DNA of 31,092 bases from a virus, in UHGV virus genome UHGV-0204578. One strand, written 5' to 3'. A program made the translations under genes and the position numbers. Of this stretch, positions 8,611-18,043 are shown one piece after another (the first letter of the stretch is position 1; the number at the start of each line of letters is the position of its first letter). A model generated the notes under the pieces. It did not search any database and was not told the DNA's origin. It saw only the letters and a list, made by a program, of their open reading frames with translations.

Positions 8611-9444
8611 TCAGCAATTGGTCAGAGTGTCAACGGGGGCGTTACCGCCTGTTGCACGCTGGCGGTAGTCCTGGCGGCTGTCTTCATGACTCAGCTTGTC
8701 CACCAGTTCGTTAAAGGCGGTTTGCTGTACCTGCAGGGCAGTCTCCAGCTCAGACAGGCGTTCTTCCTGCTCAGACAGGGATTTTTCGGTGCGTGCGCTC
8801 AGGTTCTGCTGCTCAGTGGCGACCAGCTCCACGGCCTTATGCACATCAGAGAACCGGGCGTCATCGGACTGCTCTTTTTTGGTAAACAGCGCCGTGACGC
8901 GGGCAAACAGGGACGGTTTGTCGTCCTGGATTTCTTCCAGTTCGATCACCGTTTCCTCTGCAGCGGTAAAGAGATTGGCAGGATTCTGCTTGCGGTTTGC
9001 CAGTGGGTTATGGGCTGCACTGGCGCTGAATGTCAGCATTTCAGTGCCCAGACTGGCAGGGTCATCAGTGGCAGCCAGGCCGACCAGGTAGGCTTTGCCC
9101 GTATCAGCGAACTTCGGGCTGACTTCCATAGAGGTGAATAATTTCTGGCCTTTTTTCACCAGTTCCACCAGGGACTCCGTTGGCTCAACGTCGGCATACA
9201 GCGCCATCTTGCCTGCCAGCGGACCTTCCGTGATTTCTTCAGCAAACAGCGCCGTCACCTTGCCGTAGCGGTTAAAGGTGCTGTCCGGCAGATAAGACTT
9301 GATGTGCTCAAGGTTAATCAGCGCGGTATACACCGCCGGGTTGTAGCTGGCTGCCATCTGTTCCAGCCATTCACGCTGGATTTCGCGTCCGTCGGTGGTG
9401 GCACCTTCCACCCCGATGCGAAAACGCTTTGCTTTCACTGTCAT
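8611..9444 (-). CDS. O: Capsid scaffolding protein gpO
   Basis: 277-aa ORF with acidic coiled-coil C-terminus; P2 gpO-like; first gene of the leftward late operon. Confidence 0.9.
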   Translation of the reverse strand: MTVKAKRFRIGVEGATTDGREIQREWLEQMAASYNPAVYTALINLEHIKSYLPDSTFNRYGKVTALFAEEITEGPLAGKMALYADVEPTESLVELVKKGQKLFTSMEVSPKFADTGKAYLVGLAATDDPASLGTEMLTFSASAAHNPLANRKQNPANLFTAAEETVIELEEIQDDKPSLFARVTALFTKKEQSDDARFSDVHKAVELVATEQQNLSARTEKSLSEQEERLSELETALQVQQTAFNELVDKLSHEDSRQDYRQRATGGNAPVDTLTNC

Positions 9445-9522
9445 GAGCCGTGCTCCGTTAGAAAAAACTTACTGGAGCCTTATGGTTGCGGTGATGGGGG
9501 CAGTGAAACAATGCGCGGTATT

Positions 9523-9540
9523 TGTACCGACAACCACACA
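9523..9540 (-). promoter_or_regulatory. Late promoter activator site (TGT-N12-ACA) for the O-N-M-L... operon
   Basis: tgtaccgacaaccacaca in the O/P divergent intergenic region, centred about 87 bp upstream of the O start codon. Confidence 0.5.
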
Positions 9541-9586
9541 AACCGCAGGCGGGGAAAGCCTTCATTCAAGGCTGTAGGTTTGTGCC

Positions 9587-11353
9587 ATGAACACCACACT
9601 GACACCCGCAGATCTCGATCCCCGTCGGCAGGCCATGCTGCTGTACTTTCAGGGATACCGCGTCGCCCGCATTGCTGAAATGCTGGGCGAGAAAGTTGCA
9701 ACTGTTCACAGCTGGAAAAAACGCGACAAGTGGGGTGACTATGGGCCGCTGGATCAGATGCAGCTCACCACCGCCGCACGCTACTGCCAGCTCATTATGA
9801 AGGAGCACAAAGAAGGGAAAGATTTCAAAGAAATTGACCTGCTGGCGCGCCAGTCGGAGCGCCACGCGCGGATCGGCAAGTTTAACAATGGCGGCAACGA
9901 AGCCGACTTAAACCCTAACGTCGCCAACCGCAACAAAGGCCCACGCCGTCAGCCGGAAAAGAATGTTTTCACCGATGAACAGATTGAGAAGCTGGAAGAA
10001 ATCTTCCATTCCTCCATGTTCAACTACCAGCGCCACTGGTGGGAAGCCGGAAAAACCAACCGCATCCGCAACCTGCTGAAGTCACGCCAGATCGGCGCGA
10101 CCTTCTATTTTGCCCGTGAAGCCCTGATTGACGCCCTGCTTACCGGACGTAACCAGATTTTCCTTTCTGCCAGTAAGGCTCAGGCCCACGTCTTTAAACA
10201 ATACATCATCGACTTCGCCAAAGAAGTCGAGGTGGAGCTGAAAGGCGATCCGATGGTGCTTCCTAACGGAGCCACGCTTTACTTCCTCGGCACCAATGCC
10301 CGCACGGCCCAGAGTTATCACGGCAACCTGTATCTGGATGAATATTTCTGGATACCGAAATTCCAGGAGCTGCGCAAAGTGGCTTCCGGGATGGCTATTC
10401 ACAAAAAATGGCGACAAACCTATTTTTCCACGCCATCCAGCCTGACCCACAGTGCTTATCCGTTCTGGTCCGGTGCGCTGTTCAACCGTGGACGCAACAA
10501 AGCTGACAAGGTGGACATCGACCTGTCCCACAGCAATCTGGCCCCCGGCCTGCTGTGCGCAGACGGGCAATACCGCCAGATAGTCACCGTGGAAGATGCG
10601 GTGCGCGGCGGCTGTAACCTGTTCGACCTCGACCAGCTACGCTTGGAGTACAGCCCGGACGAATACCAGAACCTGCTGATGTGCGAGTTCGTGGACGATC
10701 TCGCGTCCGTGTTCCCGCTCAGCGAACTGCAGGCGTGCATGGTGGACAGCTGGGAAGTCTGGACCGACTTTCATGCACTGGCCCTGCGCCCGTTTGGCTG
10801 GCGCGAAGTGTGGATCGGTTATGACCCGGCAAAAGGTACGCAGAACGGCGACAGCGCCGGATGCGTGGTGGTGGCACCGCCAGCCGTGCCAGGCGGTAAG
10901 TTTCGCATTCTTGAGCGTCACCAGTGGCGCGGGATGGACTTCCGCGCCCAGGCTGACGCCATCAAAAAACTGACCGAACAGTACAACGTGACCTATATCG
11001 GTATCGACTCAACCGGCGTCGGTCACGGGGTTTACGAGAACGTGAAAGCGTTCTTTCCTGCCGTCCGGGAGTTTGTCTACAACCCCAACGTTAAAAACGC
11101 CCTGGTACTCAAGGCCTACGACATTATCAGCCACCGCCGTCTGGAGTTTGACGCCGGACATACCGACATTGCGCAGTCATTCATGGCAATCCGTCGCGCC
11201 ACCACCGCCAGTGGCAACCGCCCGACCTACGAAGCCAGCCGCAGCGAAGAAGCCAGCCATGCCGATCTGGCATGGGCAACCATGCACGCACTGTTTAACG
11301 AACCGCTGCAGGGCGAGTCCGCCAATACCAGCAATATTGTGGAGATTTTTTGA
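9587..11353 (+). CDS. P: Terminase large (ATPase) subunit gpP
   Basis: 588-aa ORF (P2 P is about 590 aa) with strong P2 gpP-like N-terminus (..QAMLLYFQGYRVARIAEMLGEK..TVHSWKKRDKW). Confidence 0.9.
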   Translation: MNTTLTPADLDPRRQAMLLYFQGYRVARIAEMLGEKVATVHSWKKRDKWGDYGPLDQMQLTTAARYCQLIMKEHKEGKDFKEIDLLARQSERHARIGKFNNGGNEADLNPNVANRNKGPRRQPEKNVFTDEQIEKLEEIFHSSMFNYQRHWWEAGKTNRIRNLLKSRQIGATFYFAREALIDALLTGRNQIFLSASKAQAHVFKQYIIDFAKEVEVELKGDPMVLPNGATLYFLGTNARTAQSYHGNLYLDEYFWIPKFQELRKVASGMAIHKKWRQTYFSTPSSLTHSAYPFWSGALFNRGRNKADKVDIDLSHSNLAPGLLCADGQYRQIVTVEDAVRGGCNLFDLDQLRLEYSPDEYQNLLMCEFVDDLASVFPLSELQACMVDSWEVWTDFHALALRPFGWREVWIGYDPAKGTQNGDSAGCVVVAPPAVPGGKFRILERHQWRGMDFRAQADAIKKLTEQYNVTYIGIDSTGVGHGVYENVKAFFPAVREFVYNPNVKNALVLKAYDIISHRRLEFDAGHTDIAQSFMAIRRATTASGNRPTYEASRSEEASHADLAWATMHALFNEPLQGESANTSNIVEIF

Positions 11354-12393
11354 TGAAAGAACATATCGCGCCAGGCGAAACCGTAACTGCAGAAGAAACT
11401 AAAAAACCCGTTGCGGAGGCTTTCAGCTTCGGTGATCCCATTCCTGTACTGGACCGCCGCGAACTGCTGGACTATGTGGAATGCGTACAGATGGATCGCT
11501 GGTATGAGCCGCCCGTCAGCTTTGACGGACTGGCGCGCACCTTCCGCGCCGCCGTGCACCACAGCTCCCCGATCAGTGTTAAGCGTGACATTATCAGCAG
11601 TACCTATATTCCACATCGCCTTCTCAGCCAGCAGGCATTTACTCGTTTTGTGCAGGACTATCTGGTTTTTGGTAACGCCTACCTGGAGAAACGCACGAAC
11701 CGCTTTGGTGAAGTTATTTCGCTGGAGCCTGCACTGGCAAAATACACCCGACGCGGGCTTGACCTTGAAACATACTGGTTTGTGCAATACAGCCTGACGA
11801 CACAGCCGTATCAGTTCACAAAAGGTAACGTCTTCCACCTGATGGAGCCGGATATCAACCAGGAGATTTATGGTCTGCCGGGTTACCTTTCTGCCATTCC
11901 GTCAGCTCTGCTCAACGAATCCGCCACGCTGTTCCGCCGCAAGTATTACATTAACGGCAGCCACGCAGGCTTCATCATGTACATGACCGACGCCGCACAG
12001 AACCAGGAGGATGTGAACAACATCCGCAAGGCAATGAAAAGTGCTAAAGGACCGGGCAACTTCCGCAACCTGTTTATGTACTCGCCTAACGGCAAAAAAG
12101 ATGGCATTCAGATTATCCCGTTGTCGGAAGTCGCGGCGAAGGATGAATTTCTGAACATCAAGAACGTTAGCCGCGATGACATGATGGCGGCTCACCGCGT
12201 ACCGCCGCAAATGATGGGCATCATTCCCAACAACACTGGCGGCTTTGGGGATGTGGAAAAAGCGAGCCGTGTCTTCGTCCGCAATGAACTGATGCCCCTG
12301 CAAAAGCGACTGCAGGAGCTGAATGACTGGCTGGATGAAGAGGTTATCCGTTTTGAAGCCTATGACTTAGGACTTAAGGGCAAACGAAGCTGA
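11350..12393 (+). CDS. Q: Portal protein gpQ
   Basis: 347-aa ORF; extensive similarity to P2 gpQ (EAFSFGDPIPVLDRR..YVEC..WYEPPVSF...); ATGA overlap with P. Confidence 0.9.
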   Translation: MMKEHIAPGETVTAEETKKPVAEAFSFGDPIPVLDRRELLDYVECVQMDRWYEPPVSFDGLARTFRAAVHHSSPISVKRDIISSTYIPHRLLSQQAFTRFVQDYLVFGNAYLEKRTNRFGEVISLEPALAKYTRRGLDLETYWFVQYSLTTQPYQFTKGNVFHLMEPDINQEIYGLPGYLSAIPSALLNESATLFRRKYYINGSHAGFIMYMTDAAQNQEDVNNIRKAMKSAKGPGNFRNLFMYSPNGKKDGIQIIPLSEVAAKDEFLNIKNVSRDDMMAAHRVPPQMMGIIPNNTGGFGDVEKASRVFVRNELMPLQKRLQELNDWLDEEVIRFEAYDLGLKGKRS

Positions 12394-12430
12394 CATACTC
12401 ATAACATCAATAACCGACCAACTCTCACAA

Positions 12431-12465
12431 CGCCTCAGCAGCATTCTGCGGGGCGTTTCTTTTTG
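12431..12465 (+). terminator. Probable intrinsic terminator of the P-Q operon
   Basis: Imperfect GC-rich hairpin (cgcctcagcagcattctgcggggcg) followed by tttctttttg. Confidence 0.4.
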
Positions 12466-12559
12466 CCCTGACATCCCCCCCCCTCCACTAAATGAGGCCG
12501 CCAGCGGGCCAGAGGCTGTGCCGGATTTTGGCCATTTTACCCCGTTGCGCGCGCTCGTA

Positions 12560-12581
12560 TCCCCGCCACGCCTGCCCGCTT
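12560..12581. other. cos (cohesive-end packaging site) of the P2/186-like phage
   Basis: TCCCCGCCACGCCTGCCCGCTT; its reverse complement contains GGCGTGGCGGGGA, matching the P2-family 19-nt cohesive end (GGCGAGGCGGGGAAAGCAC) from memory. Lies just past Q, where cos sits in P2 and 186. The same 22-mer recurs at 24079..24100. Confidence 0.6.
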
Positions 12582-12611
12582 TATGTAGTGGTTTTCATGC
12601 ACCTGCATGAT

Positions 12612-12642
12612 CTACGCAAAAGCCCGCCAGTTCTGGCGGGCC
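12612..12642 (-). terminator. Intrinsic terminator downstream of the dinI-like operon
   Basis: Hairpin gcccgccag-ttc-ctggcgggc followed on the minus strand by TTTTG. Confidence 0.5.
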
Positions 12643-12776
12643 TTAGCAAAAACGATCCTCAAACGATCATGCGATCTCATGCGGCATAGACATGCACTAC
12701 AGAGCTAACGCCTCGCAAGGGCTCGTTGTTCAACCTTGCTGACGCCAGAAGCAAGTTCAGACGCCAGCAACGTTTC

Positions 12777-13010
12777 TTAATGCAGCCAGCTGTCGTCTTC
12801 CCACACCTTCTGCATAATTTTCATCACTTGTTTTCTTTCTTCGTCCAGTTGCAGTCCGGTTAGTTCCACACCGTTAGAGCTACCTTTGCGAATGCGAATT
12901 ACCGTTTTGGGATACAGGGGGCGCAGATTGCGGTAAAGCTCGGATTCAAGGGCGTCCAGGGTAGACTGGCTAATCTTCTGCTCTTTATCGATCATTATTT
13001 CAATGCGCAT
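12777..13010 (-). CDS. dinI: DinI-like protein (77 aa)
   Basis: MRIEIMIDK...DALESEL...KVWEDDSWLH resembles E. coli DinI (MRIEVTIAK...ETWESADDWF). ATG at 13010 is preceded by GAGGTGA. The longer track ORF 12777..13082 is an upstream extension. Confidence 0.8.
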   Translation of the reverse strand: MRIEIMIDKEQKISQSTLDALESELYRNLRPLYPKTVIRIRKGSSNGVELTGLQLDEERKQVMKIMQKVWEDDSWLH

Positions 13011-13020
13011 AAAAGTCACC

Positions 13021-13209
13021 TCAGCTGATGACATCCATTGAGCGGTTGTATTCGTGGGTTCTGATTTTTGCCATGAGTTCATCAGTCAATTCAGAAACCC
13101 ACTGCAGAGCCAGCCCCTTCTCTTCATCACTACACTCACTAGCCGCTACAAGCTTAAGAAAAAAATCAATGCGCTGGAGCTTCAAAGACTCCAAAAAATA
13201 GTCCTGCAT
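13021..13209 (-). CDS. Small SOS-regulated protein (62 aa), possibly a 186 Tum-type antirepressor analogue
   Basis: ATG at 13209 with strong RBS (TAGGAGGAAAG-ATG), directly downstream of the LexA box and co-oriented with dinI. The 96-aa track ORF would contain the promoter and LexA box, so the 5' extension is rejected. The Tum analogy is positional only. Confidence 0.5.
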   Translation of the reverse strand: MQDYFLESLKLQRIDFFLKLVAASECSDEEKGLALQWVSELTDELMAKIRTHEYNRSMDVIS

Positions 13210-13252
13210 CTTTCCTCCTATGACACCACACGCAACACTGTATGTATAACCA

Positions 13253-13268
13253 CTGTTTATATTTACAG
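13253..13268 (-). promoter_or_regulatory. LexA operator (SOS box) CTGT-N8-ACAG, with a weaker adjacent half-matching copy at 13238..13253
   Basis: ctgtttatatttacag is a perfect CTG-N10-CAG LexA consensus, about 45 nt upstream of the small-ORF start and overlapping -10-like TATA-rich hexamers. Confidence 0.75.
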
Positions 13269-13283
13269 TATATAATAATCTTA

Positions 13284-13314
13284 CTGATGTAAAACGTTTT
13301 TTTACGTTCATCAG
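13284..13314 (-). terminator. Inverted repeat / possible terminator after gene A
   Basis: ctgatgtaaaacgtttttttacgttcatcag: 6-bp outer and AACGT/ACGTT inner pairing between A stop (13363) and the LexA promoter. Not a canonical terminator (no clean T-run). Confidence 0.3.
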
Positions 13315-13362
13315 CCTGATATGCCTGGTATTATTAAGAGCACGAATTGTTAATCCGCGTAA

Positions 13363-15777
13363 TTAATACAGGTTCCGCCACTGATCATCTTCCTGCAAAC
13401 GCTGGTTCCGATAGAAGATACGCAGGCCTGCTCCTGACGGAATACTGCCTCCGCGAAGGAGTAAATCGACCTCTTTCTCGCTGCCATCAAATCCTCTGGA
13501 CTTCAGCTCATACACGAGCTGCAGTCGCTGATGGTCTGTAATTCGCTGTTTGTAGTCTTTACGCCGTTTCGGTTTCACCAGGCGTAACCTTGCTGCCAGT
13601 TCCCGGCGCTCTTTTTTGCTCATACTGTGCAGGTAATCGTGCAACTCCTTGTCATCCATGCTGGTAATGTCCGTTCTGGGGTCCCCATTAGCTGATTTAT
13701 CTTTCTCCTGTTGGTTCAAATTTTCAGCAAGGGGACAGTTATTGCCACGAGTCCAAGGGGCGCAAGCGCCCTGGTCGGCTGCCGCCTCCTGAACGTCAAC
13801 GGCTTTACGAACCATTTTCCACTTCACTGCATGAGTGCAGATCTTGCCCTCTGCAATGGGTGACCAGATGCCATAAATACGAATGCCGTGATCGCCATAG
13901 GCGGTCGGCTCTTCGTTGATTTCATAAGCGGTTCTGATGAGGTGATATTTACGGGGAACCAGTACGCCGCCCTGCTTCATGATGTAGGTGGCAAAACAAC
14001 CAGCATCAGCAGCAGCCAGGATGGCATCAAGGCGCGGGTTATCCAGTACCGGCGCACCTGCTTTTTTGTCCCCCTGTTGCCTTGCCGCCTGACCAGCCAG
14101 CAATCGCAGTTCACGGTAAGCCTGACGCCCCGGAATGCCAAAGAAGCGGAATTGCTGAACACGATGCAAAGACGCCCAGGCATTCACGTATTCAGCGTTA
14201 TCACGCAGAGATTTACCCGTTTCCTTGCTGATCTCGCCAGCCAGACCACGCCCGTCAATGTTCTTACTGATGTATTTCGCTATGTAGCTTGTCGGCGTTC
14301 CTTTGCGCGGGTTAATCAGCTCAGACTTAAAGCGCGGCCCCGTGTTATTGCCCAGCTCCTCGCGGTCTTCACGGATAGCAAACTTACGCAACAATGCAGT
14401 AATGGCGCGGCGGTCTTTTTTGCGCATGAAACACAACAGGTGCCAGTGAACTGTGCCGTCGTGATGCGGCTCAGCCACCCGCACGCCATACCAGCGCAAC
14501 CCGGCTTTGTGCATCGCCTTACGAAATGCAGCAAACATACCGACCAGATAATCGCTGCTTTGTCTTACCGTCGCATTTGTCCAGGTCGGGTTGGGCCTGC
14601 CGTTATTTAGCGTGGAATGGAAACGTGACGGACAGGTGATGGTGTAGAAAACGGCGCAGTCACCGCGCATTTCCGCGATAAGCTCCAGACCTTTAACACA
14701 GGCCATCATCTCATTGCGGCGATGCGCAGGGTTGCTGCTGCTGGCGTTTACCACATCCTCCATGTCCAGCGTGTCGCCGTCTTCGTTCACCAGTTCATGA
14801 GAACGGAAAAACTCCAGCGACTTACGGCGCTGCTCACGTTTATGCAACACGGCTTCATAGCTGACATAGGGAGATGCTTTTTTGCTGACAAGGCAGACAG
14901 CACGCAACTGCTCTTCCCGCCATTCGCAACGCATCTTCCATAATTTCCGGTACCACCAGTCGGCGCACAACATACGCGCCAGCGAACCCGGAATGAGTTC
15001 ATAGGGCACGGGTTTGCGGCGGTTTCTTTTCCGGCGGAGTTGCTCAAACGCAGGCGGGATAACATCCAGTCGCAGGGTTTCTGCTGCCACCTTTTCCCAT
15101 GTCTTGCGGATTTCTTCCGGCTTAACATCATCGGAGGCGTACAAATCACCACAAGCGGCATCAAGACACATGCTCATATGCGCAGCGACAAGGGTGGACA
15201 GGCGTTTCACCTGATCCTGACTCATTTCAGGCAGGATAAGCAGGCCGTCCAGCCCTTCATGGCTTGCCATAAAACGAAAAGATGCAGATAGCTGGCTGTC
15301 GCGTACATGCTCCAGTCGTTCCAGACATGGCTTAATCGTCTCACGTAAATAGCGGGAATAAGCCTTTGGCTTGCCCAGGCTGCTGAAGTATTCAATACGT
15401 TGCATCAGCGGCTTGCTGATATGGGAAGGCTGGGCGTTGACGTCCGCCAGAATGACCATATCCGGATTAAAACGCTGCTGCTCATGCGCCAGCTTTGCCC
15501 GACTAATGAGCTTATCCTGCTCCATTTCGCGCTGGACAGGATCACGGGATTCATTAAAGAAATAACGCTCCCAGACCTGATCACTCAGTGCCTCTCGGCG
15601 CAGCTGTTCCTGCTCGTTATCGGCAGCGTACAGAGTGATCAGGTTTGAAAGCGTAGAAACCGGCGCAACTTCCGCCGGGTCCAGATAAGGGTTAATGGCC
15701 TTTTTCGGGCTGTTCCATGAGAACGATGCGGCAGCCTCGTTAAAGCCGCAGCAGTTGTTCATATCGGCATGGCTCAT
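13363..15777 (-). CDS. A: Replication initiation protein A (rolling-circle HUH endonuclease, P2 gpA family)
   Basis: 804-aa ORF with HUH-like motif ([12 protein letters not shown]) and a paired-tyrosine motif (YIAKYISK) typical of P2 gpA/phiX174-type initiators. Confidence 0.85.
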   Translation of the reverse strand: MSHADMNNCCGFNEAAASFSWNSPKKAINPYLDPAEVAPVSTLSNLITLYAADNEQEQLRREALSDQVWERYFFNESRDPVQREMEQDKLISRAKLAHEQQRFNPDMVILADVNAQPSHISKPLMQRIEYFSSLGKPKAYSRYLRETIKPCLERLEHVRDSQLSASFRFMASHEGLDGLLILPEMSQDQVKRLSTLVAAHMSMCLDAACGDLYASDDVKPEEIRKTWEKVAAETLRLDVIPPAFEQLRRKRNRRKPVPYELIPGSLARMLCADWWYRKLWKMRCEWREEQLRAVCLVSKKASPYVSYEAVLHKREQRRKSLEFFRSHELVNEDGDTLDMEDVVNASSSNPAHRRNEMMACVKGLELIAEMRGDCAVFYTITCPSRFHSTLNNGRPNPTWTNATVRQSSDYLVGMFAAFRKAMHKAGLRWYGVRVAEPHHDGTVHWHLLCFMRKKDRRAITALLRKFAIREDREELGNNTGPRFKSELINPRKGTPTSYIAKYISKNIDGRGLAGEISKETGKSLRDNAEYVNAWASLHRVQQFRFFGIPGRQAYRELRLLAGQAARQQGDKKAGAPVLDNPRLDAILAAADAGCFATYIMKQGGVLVPRKYHLIRTAYEINEEPTAYGDHGIRIYGIWSPIAEGKICTHAVKWKMVRKAVDVQEAAADQGACAPWTRGNNCPLAENLNQQEKDKSANGDPRTDITSMDDKELHDYLHSMSKKERRELAARLRLVKPKRRKDYKQRITDHQRLQLVYELKSRGFDGSEKEVDLLLRGGSIPSGAGLRIFYRNQRLQEDDQWRNLY

Positions 15778-16631
15778 GCACGTACTCCGTACACGGCAGA
15801 ACTATCCACGCCACGCGAATAATCAAATCCCACCCAGCAGCGCGGCCCGGAAACAGCAATGATTTCTGTTGCTGATTTACCCTCGCCAGCTGCCACACCG
15901 ATGCTGCGTTTTACCTTGATATAGTGGTGAGTAAAATTGCGATACAGCGAACGGATCAGGGATGTGTCACTGTTAGAAACAATGACCGGATGTCCTTCTG
16001 ATGACCGATGTTCAAGAACGGATGCCAGGTGATACTGGTCATCTTCAGTGAAGCCGTCAGCGTGATAGCCGGAAAACGTACCGTCATAAGGCGGATCGCA
16101 ATACACCACATCCCCCGCCTTCAACACCGCCAACGTTTCATCAAAGCTGGCGCAGATAAACGTTGCTCGCTGGGCCTTTTCTGCAAATGCGCGAATTTCT
16201 TTTTCAGGGAAATACGGATTTTTATAATTACCGTAGGGAATGTTGAAATGCCCGCTCTTGTTATAGCGACATAACCCACGGTAACCGTGACGATTGAGAT
16301 ACAGGAAATATACCGCTTTCATGAAATCAGTAATTTCAGTGGAGTAATTAAACTCCTGCCTTATGTTGTAATAAGCCACCTCCCTGTTTGCTTCCTCAAA
16401 TAAAACTCTGGCGCGAGATATAAACGATTCACAATCAGCGGCAACCTTTTTATAGAGGTTGATTAAATCAGGATTAATATCCGCAACCAGATAGCTGGGG
16501 TAATCCGTCTCCATCATCACAGCACAGGAACCCGCGAAAGGTTCAACCAGTCGCGGGCCAGCAGGAAGGTGTTTTTTCAGTTCGGACATAATGGCGGTTT
16601 TATTTCCCGCCCATTTCAGGATGGTGCTCAT
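15774..16631 (-). CDS. dam: DNA adenine methyltransferase (Dam family)
   Basis: Motifs ILKWAGNK (AdoMet binding) and DPPY (catalytic). ATG at 16631 is preceded by CAGGAGGTG; stop overlaps the A start (ATGA). The track ORF to 16703 is an upstream extension. Confidence 0.85.
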   Translation of the reverse strand: MSTILKWAGNKTAIMSELKKHLPAGPRLVEPFAGSCAVMMETDYPSYLVADINPDLINLYKKVAADCESFISRARVLFEEANREVAYYNIRQEFNYSTEITDFMKAVYFLYLNRHGYRGLCRYNKSGHFNIPYGNYKNPYFPEKEIRAFAEKAQRATFICASFDETLAVLKAGDVVYCDPPYDGTFSGYHADGFTEDDQYHLASVLEHRSSEGHPVIVSNSDTSLIRSLYRNFTHHYIKVKRSIGVAAGEGKSATEIIAVSGPRCWVGFDYSRGVDSSAVYGVRA

Positions 16632-16930
16632 ACAGCACCTCCTGCAATAACATATCCTAAAGCTTCTAATGGGGTTAATGGGCGAATTGATAGCATCACC
16701 CATTGTTCTGAAACTGACATGACGTCATTAACCGGAAGCACATGAGAGATAACAGCGGCCCATTCCCTACCCGTAAATACGCCATGCTTCCATTCGCAAA
16801 GAGAAAGAACATCACCAACTTTATAGCCACGATCGTCTTTACGAAGTTCAGCCGTCTTTTGACCTGCAACCACAGCGTTGAAATACTTAGGTGCAATTTT
16901 TAATTGATGGATACGCACTGCCCTTGTCAT
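16628..16930 (-). CDS. Small ASCH/PUA-like (DUF3850-type) protein
   Basis: 100-aa product from ATG at 16930 (CGGAGGTGCTGT-ATG); family assignment from memory of P2-like early-region proteins, not verified. ATGA-coupled to dam. Confidence 0.55.
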   Translation of the reverse strand: MTRAVRIHQLKIAPKYFNAVVAGQKTAELRKDDRGYKVGDVLSLCEWKHGVFTGREWAAVISHVLPVNDVMSVSEQWVMLSIRPLTPLEALGYVIAGGAV

Positions 16931-17154
16931 ACAGCACCTCCGTTGTAGTGCTTGCCTTTCAGCTCTGCGATTTCCTGACAGGTAATGCAAAGCTGCACAC
17001 CCGGAATGGCGCGGCGTCGTGCTGGCGGAATTGGTGCTTCACATTCAATGCAAAGTACGCGGGATACGCCCGGCGTTTTGGTACGGGCAGCACAGATATG
17101 GCGCTGGCGTTCTTCTTCAACGCGCTGCTGTACGAGATCCATTGCATCAGCCAT
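16927..17154 (-). CDS. TraR/DksA-family C4 zinc-finger protein
   Basis: 75-aa ORF with C-x2-C-x17-C-x2-C ([26 protein letters not shown]); AGGAGGT RBS. Confidence 0.75.
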   Translation of the reverse strand: MADAMDLVQQRVEEERQRHICAARTKTPGVSRVLCIECEAPIPPARRRAIPGVQLCITCQEIAELKGKHYNGGAV

Positions 17155-17387
17155 TAGTGGACCTCCTGCGCTTCGTTCTGGATTGCTTCAGCGGTCACAC
17201 GCAGCAGTTCTGCTGCTTCGACGTGGTTTAGCTGGCGGGATGTAATATGACACGCAAGGCTATCAAGGCGGGCAGCCATTGCCTCAGCCCTTGCCCGACG
17301 TTCTTCCAGACGAGCCTCTGTCAGTAAAATATTAAGTCCTGCGTCATCCGGTCCGGTTTTAGTCGAGAGGGTTTCAATATTACGCAT
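17154..17387 (-). CDS. Hypothetical early protein (77 aa)
   Basis: ATG at 17387 with CAGGAGAA RBS; stop overlaps the TraR start. Confidence 0.55.
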   Translation of the reverse strand: MRNIETLSTKTGPDDAGLNILLTEARLEERRARAEAMAARLDSLACHITSRQLNHVEAAELLRVTAEAIQNEAQEVH

Positions 17388-17454
17388 AATCAATTCTCCT
17401 GAATTTAGATAAAGGAATGCCCGGCGGGTTTACGCCATGAATTTCATTAATTGG

Positions 17455-17796
17455 TTAATTCGGCATGGCTAGCCGTCTGGGAAATAAGCTCACCACTGCA
17501 CGAAGATGATTCATTACTTTAATCAACTCCCGCTTTTCGTCAGTGGTCAGCTCATTAATGCTGATGCTATGACGTTCAGCTGGAATTTTTGCTATAAAGA
17601 ATATAGCAGCCAGTGCCCGTTTATTTCTTTCATAATTAACATCCCGTGGATCACGTATATCTTTAATAAACCGCTCAAGCTCTGGCTCAATATTCAGGCC
17701 AAATACTTTCGCCCTTAATTCCGCAATATGATTAAGTCCATTCAGGCGTTCACCTGGGCTTAATGGAACAGTCGCCGCAGCGCCATTAATTGCCAT
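17455..17796 (-). CDS. Hypothetical early protein (113 aa)
   Basis: Intact ORF co-oriented with the early operon; no recognisable motif. Confidence 0.5.
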   Translation of the reverse strand: MAINGAAATVPLSPGERLNGLNHIAELRAKVFGLNIEPELERFIKDIRDPRDVNYERNKRALAAIFFIAKIPAERHSISINELTTDEKRELIKVMNHLRAVVSLFPRRLAMPN

Positions 17797-17818
17797 AATT
17801 CATATCCCCAAAACGCAA

Positions 17819-18043
17819 CTATCGCTCTTTGTTCTTACGGTAACGCTCAAGAGGAGATATATTTTTTCGTATCATCTCTTTAACCTGCTCTCCCCGTAAA
17901 AACGTCCCATCCTTTAGCGTGAAAAAGTAACTGCCATCGCCCGACAACGACGGATAACAACAGAGCAAATCATCTTCAGGTACTGAATAACTCTCCCCTC
18001 TGTAACGAAACTGATAAACCACTTCACTTTCCGCTGCATACAT
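17819..18043 (-). CDS. Hypothetical early protein (74 aa)
   Basis: ATG at 18043 preceded by GGAGAAAG; protein-like composition. Confidence 0.5.
   Translation of the reverse strand: MYAAESEVVYQFRYRGESYSVPEDDLLCCYPSLSGDGSYFFTLKDGTFLRGEQVKEMIRKNISPLERYRKNKER

Noticed and set aside
8686-9141. Antisense ORFs inside N, O, P, A, alpha and other long genes (for example 8686..9141, 10082..10570, 13888..14610, 28014..28808)
   Set aside because: Each lies entirely within a confidently identified gene on the opposite strand or another frame and shows low-complexity, Arg/Ala-rich composition typical of shadow ORFs in GC-rich coding DNA.
13021-13311. Track ORF as a 96-aa protein
   Set aside because: The 5' extension contains the LexA operator and promoter elements and an upstream hairpin; the ATG at 13209 has a near-ideal RBS. 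The short form was called.
15774-16703. Dam methylase with a 24-codon N-terminal extension (RICYCRRCC...)
   Set aside because: The conserved N-terminal motif ILKWAGNK begins right after the ATG at 16631, which has a strong RBS and an ATGA overlap with the upstream gene.
16628-17154. Calling the TraR-like zinc-finger protein the helper's late activator (Ogr/B)
   Set aside because: Its cysteine spacing (C-x2-C-x17-C-x2-C) is DksA/TraR-type, not the Ogr pattern. In P2/186 the late activator lies near the other prophage end, outside this window. The only Ogr-like gene seen is the satellite delta.
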